DNA of 64,000 nt from Deltaproteobacteria bacterium (GTDB lineage: Bacteria; UBA10199; JADGCS01). The number at the start of each line of letters is the position of its first letter. The stretch's first letter is position 1. The DNA is taken from NCBI GenBank assembly GCA_024233595.1, contig JACKPK010000001.1:267665-331664 (forward strand), read 5' to 3'. Positions 41,884 to 49,913 of the stretch are shown in pieces. Below the pieces are notes generated by a model. That model was not told the origin of the DNA. It did not search any database and was given only the letters and a program-made list of their open reading frames with translations. A program made the translations under genes and the position numbers.

Positions 41884-42414
41884 TTAATTTTTCTCAACCT
41901 GTGTGAACTCCAAATCAACAGGAGTCGCACGACCAAAAATACTCACCAACACTTTAAGGCGACCTTTTTCAGGGTTAACCTCTTCTACCGTTCCATTAAA
42001 TGTATTGAACGGACCATCGATAACACGAACCGAATCACCTTTATCAAAGCTGTATTTCAACTTCGGCTTCATCTCACCATCATCAATGCGTTGTGTGATC
42101 TTCAAAACCTCTTCTTCAGGAATACTGGGAGGATTTGAACCATTACCCACAAAACCAGTCACCTTAGGAGTGTCTTTAATAAGATGCCACGCCTCTTCTG
42201 TAAGATTCACCTTAACCAAGATATAACTTGGAAAAAATTTACGAGTTGTTGTTTTCTTTTGACCCTTACGAATCTCAACAACAGTCTCAGCAGGAACCAA
42301 AACCTCTTCAAAAAACTCACCCATACCAGAGGTTTTGATACGCTCCTCTAGAGAGAGTTTTGCCTTCTGCTCAAACCCCGAATATGTATGAACAACGTAC
42401 CATTTCTTCGTCAT
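41884..42414 (-). CDS. nusG: Transcription termination/antitermination factor NusG
   Basis: 176 aa starting '[16 protein letters not shown]', with the C-terminal KOW '[21 protein letters not shown]'. Confidence 0.96.
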   Translation of the reverse strand: MTKKWYVVHTYSGFEQKAKLSLEERIKTSGMGEFFEEVLVPAETVVEIRKGQKKTTTRKFFPSYILVKVNLTEEAWHLIKDTPKVTGFVGNGSNPPSIPEEEVLKITQRIDDGEMKPKLKYSFDKGDSVRVIDGPFNTFNGTVEEVNPEKGRLKVLVSIFGRATPVDLEFTQVEKN

Positions 42415-42432
42415 GAGACAAACCTCTCAACA

Positions 42433-42807
42433 CTATACCGATAAAATAAACTTGGTCACTCGCAACCAAACAAAATCAAAAAACCACAAAAAGAATGTCG
42501 CAATCGAAACCAACACAACCACAACAACTGCCGATTGACTTGCTTCTTTAAGCGTTGGGTAACTCACTTTTGCTAATTCAGAGACCGACGACTCCAAAAA
42601 TTCCATGGCGCGACGACTTTTTAGGGTGATCACATACCCCAATCCAGCCACCAAAATCCCGATCAAATTCGGAATTGTTATGTAAAATCCCTGGTTTATC
42701 GGCAAATCGAACCAGTCAAAAAGCTGTTCCGCAAATTGCGAGGCGACCAGATACAGGAAAAAGCCTGCAATAATCAAACAAATATTTAGAATTTTTTTCT
42801 GCGACAT
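42433..42807 (-). CDS. secE: Preprotein translocase subunit SecE (3-TM long form)
   Basis: 124 aa. The C-terminal 'EFLESSVSELAKVSYPTLKE' plus a TM segment is the SecE signature. It lies immediately upstream of nusG. Confidence 0.88.
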   Translation of the reverse strand: MSQKKILNICLIIAGFFLYLVASQFAEQLFDWFDLPINQGFYITIPNLIGILVAGLGYVITLKSRRAMEFLESSVSELAKVSYPTLKEASQSAVVVVVLVSIATFFLWFFDFVWLRVTKFILSV

Positions 42808-42840
42808 AAAAACTCCAAGCCATTGAGGGGCATTTTAAGG

Positions 42841-42913
42841 CAGGCCGGACAGGACTCGAACCTGTGACCCGCGGTTTTGGAGACCGCTGCTCTACCAACT
42901 GAGCTACCGACCT
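42841..42913 (-). tRNA. tRNA-Trp (CCA)
   Basis: The reverse complement folds as a cloverleaf: AGGTCGG-TA-GCTC..GAGC-A-GCGGT-CTCCAAA-ACCGC-GGGTC-ACAGG-TTCGAGT-CCTGT-CCGGCCT-G. The anticodon is CCA. Confidence 0.95.
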
Positions 42914-42916
42914 AAA

Positions 42917-43072
42917 TCAATCCACAGAAACGTGAATTGTGTGTTTTTTACAAAAACCACAGTGCTTTTTCACCTTAAGATCTCTGGTTTTTACTTCGCC
43001 AGAATTCTTAAATTTATAGTTCCTATTTTTACATTCAGAACATTCTAGATAATAAAAGCGCTTTGTTTTCAT
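42917..43072 (-). CDS. rpmG: 50S ribosomal protein L33
   Basis: Not in the ORF track (51 aa). Hand translation gives 'MKTKRFYYLECSECKNRNYKFKNSGEVKTRDLKVKKHCGFCKKHTIHVSVD*'. Its stop lies 3 nt from tRNA-Trp. Confidence 0.9.
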   Translation of the reverse strand: MKTKRFYYLECSECKNRNYKFKNSGEVKTRDLKVKKHCGFCKKHTIHVSVD

Positions 43073-43115
43073 AAAAAAAGAAGACCAGGACAGTGAAACA
43101 CACCACCCTGGTCTT
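43073..43115 (-). terminator. Hairpin + T-tract between tuf copy 2 and rpmG
   Basis: The minus strand reads AAGACCAGG-(17 nt)-CCTGGTCTT followed by CTTTTTTT, which runs directly into the rpmG ATG. Confidence 0.5.
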
Positions 43116-43140
43116 TAGAAAACCAAATAAATCCGTAAAT

Positions 43141-44331
43141 TTACTCAATGATTTCCGTTACAACACCAGCACCAACTGTGCGACCACCTTCACGAATCGC
43201 GAAACGCAATTCCTTTTCCATCGCAATCGGTGTGATCAATTCTACACTGATCTCCACGTTCTCACCTGGCATCACCATTTCCGTTCCGTCTTTCAACGTC
43301 ACCACTCCGGTCACGTCTGTTGTACGGAAATAAAATTGTGGTCGGTAGTTCGCGAAAAATGGCGTGTGACGTCCACCCTCTTCTTTTTTCAGAATATACA
43401 CTTCTGCTTTAAACTTCTTGTGTGGCGTGATCGTTCCTGGCTTCGCCAATACTTGTCCTCGCTCCACTTCTTCTTTATCTACACCACGCAACAAACAACC
43501 TACGTTGTCTCCTGCTCGACCTTCGTCCAACAACTTACGGAACATCTCTACGCCCGTTACTGTTGTCTTACGTGTGTCTTTAATTCCCACGATCTCTACT
43601 TCTTCTCCAACTTTTACAATACCGCGCTCAACACGACCGGTCACAACTGTTCCGCGACCTGAAATACTGAACACGTCTTCGATTGGCATCAAGAATGTCT
43701 TATCAATCGGACGCTCTGGCGTTGGGATGTAGCTATCTACTGCTTCCATCAATTTCTTAATTGCTCCTTGGCCAACATCACCTTCTTCGCCTTCTAATGC
43801 TTTCAATGCACTTCCGCGAACAATAGGAATGTCATCACCAGGAAAATCGTACTTGTTCAACAAGTCTCGCACTTCCAACTCAACCAAGTCTAACAACTCT
43901 TCATCATCCACTTGGTCTACTTTATTCATAAACACCACGATGTAAGGAACACCCACCTGGCGTGCTAACAAAATGTGCTCTCGTGTTTGTGGCATTGGAC
44001 CATCTGATGCACTCACTACCAATATCGCTCCGTCCATCTGTGCTGCACCTGTGATCATGTTCTTCACGTAATCCGCGTGACCTGGGCAATCCACGTGTGC
44101 GTAGTGACGCGCTTCTGTTTGGTATTCTACGTGCGCTGTCGAAATTGTAATACCGCGCTCACGCTCTTCTGGTGCCTTGTCAATCTGATCGTAAGCCATC
44201 GCTTGCGCTCCACCTGACATAGACAACGTTTTTGTGATCGCTGCTGTTAATGTCGTCTTGCCATGATCCACGTGACCAATCGTACCGATATTCACGTGCG
44301 GCTTACTTCTATCAAACTTCTCTTTTGACAT
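43141..44331 (-). CDS. tuf: Elongation factor Tu, copy 2
   Basis: 396 aa, identical to copy 1 except residue 38 (Met versus Glu). Confidence 0.98.
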   Translation of the reverse strand: MSKEKFDRSKPHVNIGTIGHVDHGKTTLTAAITKTLSMSGGAQAMAYDQIDKAPEERERGITISTAHVEYQTEARHYAHVDCPGHADYVKNMITGAAQMDGAILVVSASDGPMPQTREHILLARQVGVPYIVVFMNKVDQVDDEELLDLVELEVRDLLNKYDFPGDDIPIVRGSALKALEGEEGDVGQGAIKKLMEAVDSYIPTPERPIDKTFLMPIEDVFSISGRGTVVTGRVERGIVKVGEEVEIVGIKDTRKTTVTGVEMFRKLLDEGRAGDNVGCLLRGVDKEEVERGQVLAKPGTITPHKKFKAEVYILKKEEGGRHTPFFANYRPQFYFRTTDVTGVVTLKDGTEMVMPGENVEISVELITPIAMEKELRFAIREGGRTVGAGVVTEIIE

Positions 44332-44483
44332 CGGATTCTCTCCTTTTGATTACCTTGCGTTGCGACCTCTCGTATCCGTTTATTTAGTCAGAAACAGGTC
44401 CACAAAACGATCGATTAGATTTTAAACAAGTGCTCTAGTTAGACATCTAACCAAGAACACAAAAACTCAAAGGCTTTCGTCTA

Positions 44484-44512
44484 CTTATATAGTTAAGTGA
44501 ACAAATTGCCAA
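44484..44512 (-). promoter_or_regulatory. Candidate sigma70 promoter for tuf copy 2
   Basis: The minus strand reads TTGGCA (44507-44512), a 17-nt spacer, then TATAAG (44484-44489). It lies ~150 nt upstream of the ATG. Pattern only. Confidence 0.3.
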
Positions 44513-44707
44513 TTCCGCGGGAGCACTAGCTTAGAGATAACTGTTTGGCAAGAACCAAAATACCCAAAAAAGCTTTATTTATTGATCAACAAACACTCTC
44601 ATCATAACCAAACATCGCGCTTGAGAATCTGGATGCAACTCATCGCAAAGCATTCTTGGCAAAATCAAAAAACATGACTATATCTGCATTTTTTTGGTTC
44701 TATTCTC

Positions 44708-44736
44708 TTGACAGGAAAGGGTTGCTCTTTTAGCTA
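44708..44736 (+). promoter_or_regulatory. Candidate promoter of the tRNA block
   Basis: TTGACA (44708-44713), a 17-nt spacer, TAGCTA (44731-44736), then the GC-rich discriminator GGGCCACC. The first tRNA starts at 44762. Confidence 0.35.
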
Positions 44737-44761
44737 GGGCCACCTTTTTGGGAACGAAATT

Positions 44762-44834
44762 GCCGACTTAGCTCAGCTGGCAGAGCAACTGACTTGTAAT
44801 CAGTAGGTCATCGGTTCGATTCCGATAGTCGGCT
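44762..44834 (+). tRNA. tRNA-Thr (UGU)
   Basis: GCCGACT-TA-GCTC..GAGC-A-ACTGA-CTTGTAA-TCAGT-AGGTC-ATCGG-TTCGATT-CCGAT-AGTCGGC-T. Confidence 0.95.
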
Positions 44835-44885
44835 CTTTTAAAATGTCTCGTTTTGCGAGACCAAAAAAGTACAAAGTTCAAATTT

Positions 44886-44968
44886 GGAGGGGTGCCCGAG
44901 CGGCCAAAGGGAGCAGACTGTAAATCTGCCGGCTTATGCCTTCGAAGGTTCGAATCCTTCTCCCTCCA
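44886..44968 (+). tRNA. tRNA-Tyr (GUA), long variable arm
   Basis: GGAGGGGTGCCCGAGCGGCCAAAGGGAGCAGACTGTAAATCTGCC...GAAGGTTCGAATCCTTCTCCCTCCA. This is near-identical in its core to the E. coli tRNA-Tyr as I recall it. Confidence 0.95.
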
Positions 44969-45063
44969 CATTGTTTACCTAAATTCTAATTCTGTCTCAA
45001 CAAGTCGGTAACAAGCCAAATTACCAACAGACAGCTTAGAATCACGCGAAGGTAGCTTTTTAA

Positions 45064-45135
45064 GCGGGGGTAGCTCAGTTGTTTCGCAAACAGCGGACCA
45101 ACAGGCAGAGAGCATCAGCTCTAGGCAACTGAGGT
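45064..45135 (+). pseudogene. Degenerate partial copy of the tRNA-Gly 5' half (no T-arm)
   Basis: The 18-nt GCGGGGGTAGCTCAGTTG (45064-45081) is identical to the 5' end of the real tRNA-Gly (45151-45168). After a ~27-nt insertion come AGAGCATCAGC (45109-45119, matching 45172-45182) and a mutated anticodon region. No T-arm or 3' acceptor follows. Confidence 0.7.
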
Positions 45136-45150
45136 ACCAGCGCTGTTTAT

Positions 45151-45224
45151 GCGGGGGTAGCTCAGTTGGCTAGAGCATCAGCCTTCCAAGCTGAGGGTCG
45201 CGGGTTCGAGTCCCGTTCCCCGCT
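45151..45224 (+). tRNA. tRNA-Gly (UCC)
   Basis: GCGGGGG-TA-GCTC..GAGC-A-TCAGC-CTTCCAA-GCTGA-GGGTC-GCGGG-TTCGAGT-CCCGT-TCCCCGC-T. Confidence 0.95.
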
Positions 45225-45249
45225 CATATTCTTAAGAGCGTTTTTGAAA

Positions 45250-45322
45250 GCCGGGATAGCTCAGCTGGTAGAGCATTTCCATGGTAAGGAAAAGGTCGCG
45301 GGTTCAAGTCCCGCTCTCGGCT
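45250..45322 (+). tRNA. tRNA-Thr (GGU)
   Basis: GCCGGGA-TA-GCTC..GAGC-A-TTTCC-ATGGTAA-GGAAA-AGGTC-GCGGG-TTCAAGT-CCCGC-TCTCGGC-T. Confidence 0.95.
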
Positions 45323-45386
45323 CATTCAACTGGGCGCACTGCGCTACACATGCCTCCTGGCATGTCCATCGCAGTGCACGGTGCTT

Positions 45387-45417
45387 GGGTTCAAGTCCCG
45401 CTCTCGGCTCATTCAAC
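45387..45417 (+). repeat. 31-nt perfect direct repeat of the tRNA-Thr(GGU) 3' end (partner 45300-45330)
   Basis: GGGTTCAAGTCCCGCTCTCGGCTCATTCAAC occurs at 45300-45330 (T-loop to 8 nt past the tRNA end) and again at 45387-45417. The 56 nt between the copies form a GC-rich hairpin. Confidence 0.9.
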
Positions 45418-45513
45418 ACTTACTTTTCGTTAATTCTATTCCAAACTAAAAGAAAGTTCTCCTGATCCAATTGATCACCTGCATCGGAAAAATATGTTTT
45501 TATTTTTGGAAAA

Positions 45514-45837
45514 TTAATTGATCAAAGAAGACATAGAAAACAACTGCAACTTTTGCATTTGTAAATCAGCCTCAACTTTATGCAAACGATTCTGATCGAT
45601 GCGACCCAACTGCTCACGAGCAATCAAGTACTCACTTCGATACCCTTCCAGTTCATCGTCCCACTCTGTTAAAGAAACAGACTCAGCATTCTGAGAAAGA
45701 GCCAAACGAGCGTACTCATAAGCAAAGGCAGAATTCACCAAGGCAAACTCCAACTCCAAAACCCGTTGGTTATCACTCGCAACTTGTTCCAGACCAATCA
45801 CCTGTAGCATCAAATCGTTTTTGTTTTTCGGCTTCAT
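45514..45837 (-). CDS. Hypothetical protein (107 aa)
   Basis: The ORF has no overlapping competitor and no motif I recognise. Confidence 0.4.
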   Translation of the reverse strand: MKPKNKNDLMLQVIGLEQVASDNQRVLELEFALVNSAFAYEYARLALSQNAESVSLTEWDDELEGYRSEYLIAREQLGRIDQNRLHKVEADLQMQKLQLFSMSSLIN

Positions 45838-46042
45838 ACCCCTTATTAATGCAAAGAGAAGGCCAAGTTTTAAGAGTTTTTATAGGTGTAACAAATTGAT
45901 ATTACTTGTGTTTTTTAAACGAACGCGGGCACGCGAAAAAACCAGAGGTCCCCTCACCCCAAAAGGCTCAACCAGCTGCTGAATGGGTTCCCCAAAAAGG
46001 CGGTCTCAAACGCAAGCCCTTTAAGTGGGATTGATCAAAAGT

Positions 46043-46549
46043 TTAGCGACCACGACGAGTGGCTTTTTTCTTTTTAACGCTTCGCTTTTTTGCCTTAGGA
46101 GCAGATTTCTTTTTCACTGATTTTTTCTTCGTCGCTTTTTTCTTTGTAACAGCAGAGGTTTTTTTGGTGCGACGAGTAGGAGTTTTTTTGCCAGTTTTCT
46201 TTTTAGAAGATGCTGTCTTTTTTGATTTAGATTTTTTCAAAGAACTCACTCTAACAGTTTTGCTTCCTAAGATATCAATGAGATCTTCTAGATTAGATAA
46301 TTTGTTTGCGATTTTTTTGATATCTTTCTGCGAAGGCACATCCATAACACTAAACACATTGTGAACTTGTTTATTGATCACTTTTTTCACATCGTCTTTG
46401 GTTTCAATGATACGCGCTATGGCATTCACAAAATTTCTATTCGCAGTAATTTCTTTAATGGTTTTTGATTTAAGAACTTCTTTTAAAACTTCTTCTTTAA
46501 CTTTTTCTGATTTTTGTAACGCTTCATCTAAAATAGCTTTTAAATTCAT
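46043..46549 (-). CDS. Phasin/PhaF-like protein with Lys-rich histone-H1-like C-terminal tail
   Basis: 168 aa. The N-terminal ~100 aa are helical, and 'VFSVMDVPSQKDIKKIANKLSNLEDLIDIL' resembles the PHA-granule-associated (phasin) motif. The C-terminal ~65 aa are K/S/T/A-rich ('KKSKSKKTASSKKKTGKK...KKKKATRRGR'). Confidence 0.4.
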   Translation of the reverse strand: MNLKAILDEALQKSEKVKEEVLKEVLKSKTIKEITANRNFVNAIARIIETKDDVKKVINKQVHNVFSVMDVPSQKDIKKIANKLSNLEDLIDILGSKTVRVSSLKKSKSKKTASSKKKTGKKTPTRRTKKTSAVTKKKATKKKSVKKKSAPKAKKRSVKKKKATRRGR

Positions 46550-46633
46550 AACGGCCTCATTGGTTAAAAATCCATATGCCCTGAATCATGTCAACTTTGA
46601 AACAATGTGTCAATTTCAATAACCTGATAGAAA

Positions 46634-48190
46634 TCAGGAATTCGTGTTGCTGGCTTGCAACTTTGTGATCTTAGATGGTTCAGAATTGTAAAGAACCACT
46701 TGGTCTCTGCCCGCATCTTTGGCTTGGTACAAGGCCGTATCCGCGTTAGCAATGATCTCTTCTGGAGAATCACCCGCTTCAGGGTAACTCGCCACACCAA
46801 CACTGATCGTCACATTAAGATCCTCGCCCTCGTCGCCTTTTGCCAAAGAGGCTGTGCGAACCAAGGTGCACAATTTATCCGCAACAAAACAAGCGTCCTC
46901 TCCAGAAGTGTCGCTTAAAAGAATCACAAATTCCTCGCCACCAAATCGAGCCAATAAATCGACCTCGCGAATGTTTGCTTCAATCAGGCTTGTGAAGTTT
47001 TTAAGTAATTCATCTCCAACAAGATGACCATAGGTGTCGTTGAATTTTTTAAAGTGATCGATGTCTATGATGAGCACCGATAACGCACGGTGAAAACGAC
47101 GAGAGCGCTTGAGCTCAAGTTGAAACATTTGTTGAAAGCGGCGGCGATTGTATGCGCCCGTGAGTTCATCGCGAACAGCAAGATCTTTGGTTTTCATGTA
47201 CAGCTTGGAACGCTCGTAAGCGATCGCAATTTGGCTGGCGATTGATTCTAAGGACTGACGATCTGTAGGCGAAAAACCTGTTTCAGAAGCACGACAAACA
47301 GTTAAAACACCAATGGCGCCTTCACGTAATTTTAACGGCACCGAAAAAACAGATCCACGCAAACCTGTCTCAGAAGGCAAAAGCTCACTGCCCTTCCAAT
47401 CTTCGATATCTTTTAAATACAAACTTTTAGACGTGTTTAAAACCTCGCCAACCAAACCCACTTGCACCGGTTCGTAAATTTGATTTTCGCCTTCAATGGC
47501 AATTCCTTTGTAAGCAGCCAAACGCAATCGCTTACGACCCGGCAATAAAAAGTACAAAGCAAAGGCTTCACAAGAAAATTTTTCTCGGAAAATGCCATCG
47601 ACACAATGAACCAGTTCATCAATTTTTAAAATGGAGCTTAAGTACTGTGACACCGTGTAAAGCAAACTGATGTCATTAAACGCGCCGCTCAATTCTTTGT
47701 TCATGCGTTCAATGATTTTGGCTTTGTCTTCCAAAGCCATTTTGTATTTTAAACTTTCTTCTGCTTTGATAAGACGTTGTTCAATTTGCTTACGGTTTTG
47801 ACTAATTTGCTTGAGTTCACGAAGCATTTGATTGAACTCTTGACCAAGGCGAGCAAACTCAGCGTTGTATCCCGACCAATTGACCTCATTCCAACTGCCC
47901 TCTTTGACCCGGCGCATATTGCGGCGTAATGCTGCCAAAGGTTTGCCCACAAAAAAAGAATAAAGAAGAAATTGCAAAACCAATAAGATAAGAACAAGTC
48001 CAACCGAATAAAATGAAATCGAGCCCACAAAGAATTTTGTGTTGCTGCCAAAAAGATCAAAACCAAGTCCAACTGCCGCAAGACCACCGCAAAAAAACAC
48101 AACCACCGAAACAGTGATCATCGCAATCCTAAGCCCAAGTGATGCTTTTAATGTATTCCACATAGCCGTCTCTCTTAAAAAAGCCTCCAA
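46634..48190 (-). CDS. Membrane-bound diguanylate cyclase (2 TM-HAMP-coiled coil-GAF-GGDEF)
   Basis: 518 aa. It has two N-terminal TM segments, a HAMP-like 'PLAALRRNMRRVKEG', and a C-terminal 'RFGGEEFVILL' (GGEEF active site) preceded by 'DIDHFKKFNDTYGH'. Confidence 0.85.
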   Translation of the reverse strand: MEAFLRETAMWNTLKASLGLRIAMITVSVVVFFCGGLAAVGLGFDLFGSNTKFFVGSISFYSVGLVLILLVLQFLLYSFFVGKPLAALRRNMRRVKEGSWNEVNWSGYNAEFARLGQEFNQMLRELKQISQNRKQIEQRLIKAEESLKYKMALEDKAKIIERMNKELSGAFNDISLLYTVSQYLSSILKIDELVHCVDGIFREKFSCEAFALYFLLPGRKRLRLAAYKGIAIEGENQIYEPVQVGLVGEVLNTSKSLYLKDIEDWKGSELLPSETGLRGSVFSVPLKLREGAIGVLTVCRASETGFSPTDRQSLESIASQIAIAYERSKLYMKTKDLAVRDELTGAYNRRRFQQMFQLELKRSRRFHRALSVLIIDIDHFKKFNDTYGHLVGDELLKNFTSLIEANIREVDLLARFGGEEFVILLSDTSGEDACFVADKLCTLVRTASLAKGDEGEDLNVTISVGVASYPEAGDSPEEIIANADTALYQAKDAGRDQVVLYNSEPSKITKLQASNTNS

Positions 48191-48273
48191 GCAGCCTTTT
48201 TACACCATTACACAGCCCAAGGGCCATAAATCTAGCCCCTTTCTGAGTTTTTTCCAGGCTGCCAGCATCCCTT

Positions 48274-49299
48274 TCACCAGGCCAAAACAACCTTCCCCAA
48301 ATGCTCAGATGATTCCAAAAACTTATGAGCTTCAACAACATTTCTAAACGGAAATACTTTGGCAATGGCAGGTTTGATTTTTTGTGCTGCCAGCATGTCT
48401 ACAATGGCCTCAGCCTCTTTTTTAACTCCCATTGTAGAGCCAATGATTTTTTGCTGTTTGATAAACACATGCCTTAAATCTGTGCTGACTTTGGGCCCCG
48501 ACGTGGCACCGCAGGTCACCAAGCGACCGCTCCAGGCCAAAGATTTTAAACACGCTTCCCAAACAGCTTGTCCCACATGCTCGACAATTAAATCGACACC
48601 CTCGCCTTGGGTTTTGCTTTTGATCTCACGGTACCAATCTGGTGAATAATGATTCACAACTTCATCCGCGCCTAAATCTTTGCAGAACTGCATCTTGTCT
48701 TCAGAACCTGCTGTGGCAAAAACCTCAGCACCAAAACATTTGGCGATCTGAATGGCCGCACTCCCCACACCGCTTGTTCCTGCCATGACCAAGACTCGTT
48801 CGCCTTTTTGCAACACCCCTTTCGCAAGCAACATGTGATGAGCGGTCAAATACGCCAAAGAGCTGGCCGCTGCGTCTTCAAACGAAACGTGGTCAGGCAA
48901 TTTGATCAGCTGTTTTTGATGCACAAGAAATTGCTCGCAATGAGTGCCATCGCGATGCTCTCCAAAAATCTGAAAGCGTGGGCACTGGTTGTCCAAACCC
49001 TGTTTACAAAATGAGCACTCCCCACAACTTGTTAATGAAAAAATCACCACACGATCGCCAATAGAAAATCCTTGCACAGCATCACCCAAAGCTAAGACTG
49101 TTCCGGCACCATCGCAGCCCAGAGTCAAAGGCAAATCCCCCATGCCTGGGATGCCTTTTCGCACCCAAATATCCATATGATTCAAGGTGGTAGCGGCCAT
49201 TTTCACAACCACTTCTTCAGCTCCTGGAACAGGCGCTTCCACATCCTGAATCTGCAAGACCTCGGGGCCGCCGTTTTTCTCTATCCGGATTGCTTTCAT
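48274..49299 (-). CDS. Zinc-type alcohol dehydrogenase / quinone oxidoreductase (MDR superfamily)
   Basis: 341 aa with the structural-Zn cysteines 'CGECSFCKQGLDNQC' and the Rossmann motif 'AGTSGVGSAAIQ'. Confidence 0.8.
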   Translation of the reverse strand: MKAIRIEKNGGPEVLQIQDVEAPVPGAEEVVVKMAATTLNHMDIWVRKGIPGMGDLPLTLGCDGAGTVLALGDAVQGFSIGDRVVIFSLTSCGECSFCKQGLDNQCPRFQIFGEHRDGTHCEQFLVHQKQLIKLPDHVSFEDAAASSLAYLTAHHMLLAKGVLQKGERVLVMAGTSGVGSAAIQIAKCFGAEVFATAGSEDKMQFCKDLGADEVVNHYSPDWYREIKSKTQGEGVDLIVEHVGQAVWEACLKSLAWSGRLVTCGATSGPKVSTDLRHVFIKQQKIIGSTMGVKKEAEAIVDMLAAQKIKPAIAKVFPFRNVVEAHKFLESSEHLGKVVLAW

Positions 49300-49413
49300 T
49301 TACCGTGCCTTTCTATTTCAGCAACTTAAAGTCGAAGCGGCAAAAATTGCCAAGTCCTTATTTTTCTAAAACAATTAGTTCCGTAACGCCAAATCTATGC
49401 TAAAATCAGTCTC

Positions 49414-49890
49414 ATGAAAATCAACACCTCTCTCCGGTTTCTGGCCCTCGCCGCCTTAACATTTGTCCAAGTAGAAATAGGACTTGTCGCCCTAGGATGT
49501 GGCGGCAGCAGCATTTCGTTAGACCCTCCCACCAACAACGGAGGCTCAGATTGCAGCGATACCGGAGCAACTGTGAGTTCAGGAGATTTTTCGGCTGTTT
49601 TCACAGGCGAAGCGTGTAACGCACCCGATGTGACCGCACCAGAAAGCAACCAACTCATTTTAGATTGCACAAGCCGTGATACCGATAATTCTGTTTCCGA
49701 TTACGTTACGGTTACCTGTGGCTCCGGAGACGGTGCTGAATCAGATATTTATTTTTGTTTTGACGGGACCGGTTACCGCGATGGCGGCAGCTCCGACGAT
49801 ACCGAACTCTACGATCAAACAACCTTGGATTGTGTGATTGATGGGTCCGACAATGGCAGCATTGGTGAAGAAGAAACAGTGGTGAGTTAA
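49414..49890 (+). CDS. Putative acidic Cys-rich lipoprotein
   Basis: 158 aa. The signal peptide ends in the lipobox 'VALGC'. The mature part is D/S/G/T-rich with seven further Cys. Confidence 0.55.
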   Translation: MKINTSLRFLALAALTFVQVEIGLVALGCGGSSISLDPPTNNGGSDCSDTGATVSSGDFSAVFTGEACNAPDVTAPESNQLILDCTSRDTDNSVSDYVTVTCGSGDGAESDIYFCFDGTGYRDGGSSDDTELYDQTTLDCVIDGSDNGSIGEEETVVS

Positions 49891-49913
49891 ATAAAAATTT
49901 TTTTCCTTAATTT

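Noticed and set aside
26546-44350. The tuf duplication as an assembly artefact, or the 16.6-kb interval as a mobile unit bounded by repeats.
   Set aside because: The copies have different conserved contexts (fusA-tuf-rpsJ versus tRNA block-tuf-rpmG-secE). They differ at 11 positions and are co-oriented paralogues of the kind normal in Proteobacteria. The interval between them is core rpoBC/ribosomal genes.
45331-45417. Possible fifth tRNA or tRNA-like gene after tRNA-Thr(GGU).
   Set aside because: It has a T-loop and a 3' acceptor copy, but no complementary 5' acceptor strand, D-arm or anticodon arm. I interpret it as a partial duplication plus hairpin.
44768-45465. ORFs 44768-44971 (-) and 45166-45465 (+).
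   Set aside because: They run straight through tRNA-Thr/Tyr and tRNA-Gly/Thr genes. The tRNA cloverleaves explain the sequence.
49395-49670. 91-aa minus-strand ORF.
   Set aside because: It is antisense to the lipoprotein ORF, which has a proper signal peptide and lipobox. This ORF has none.
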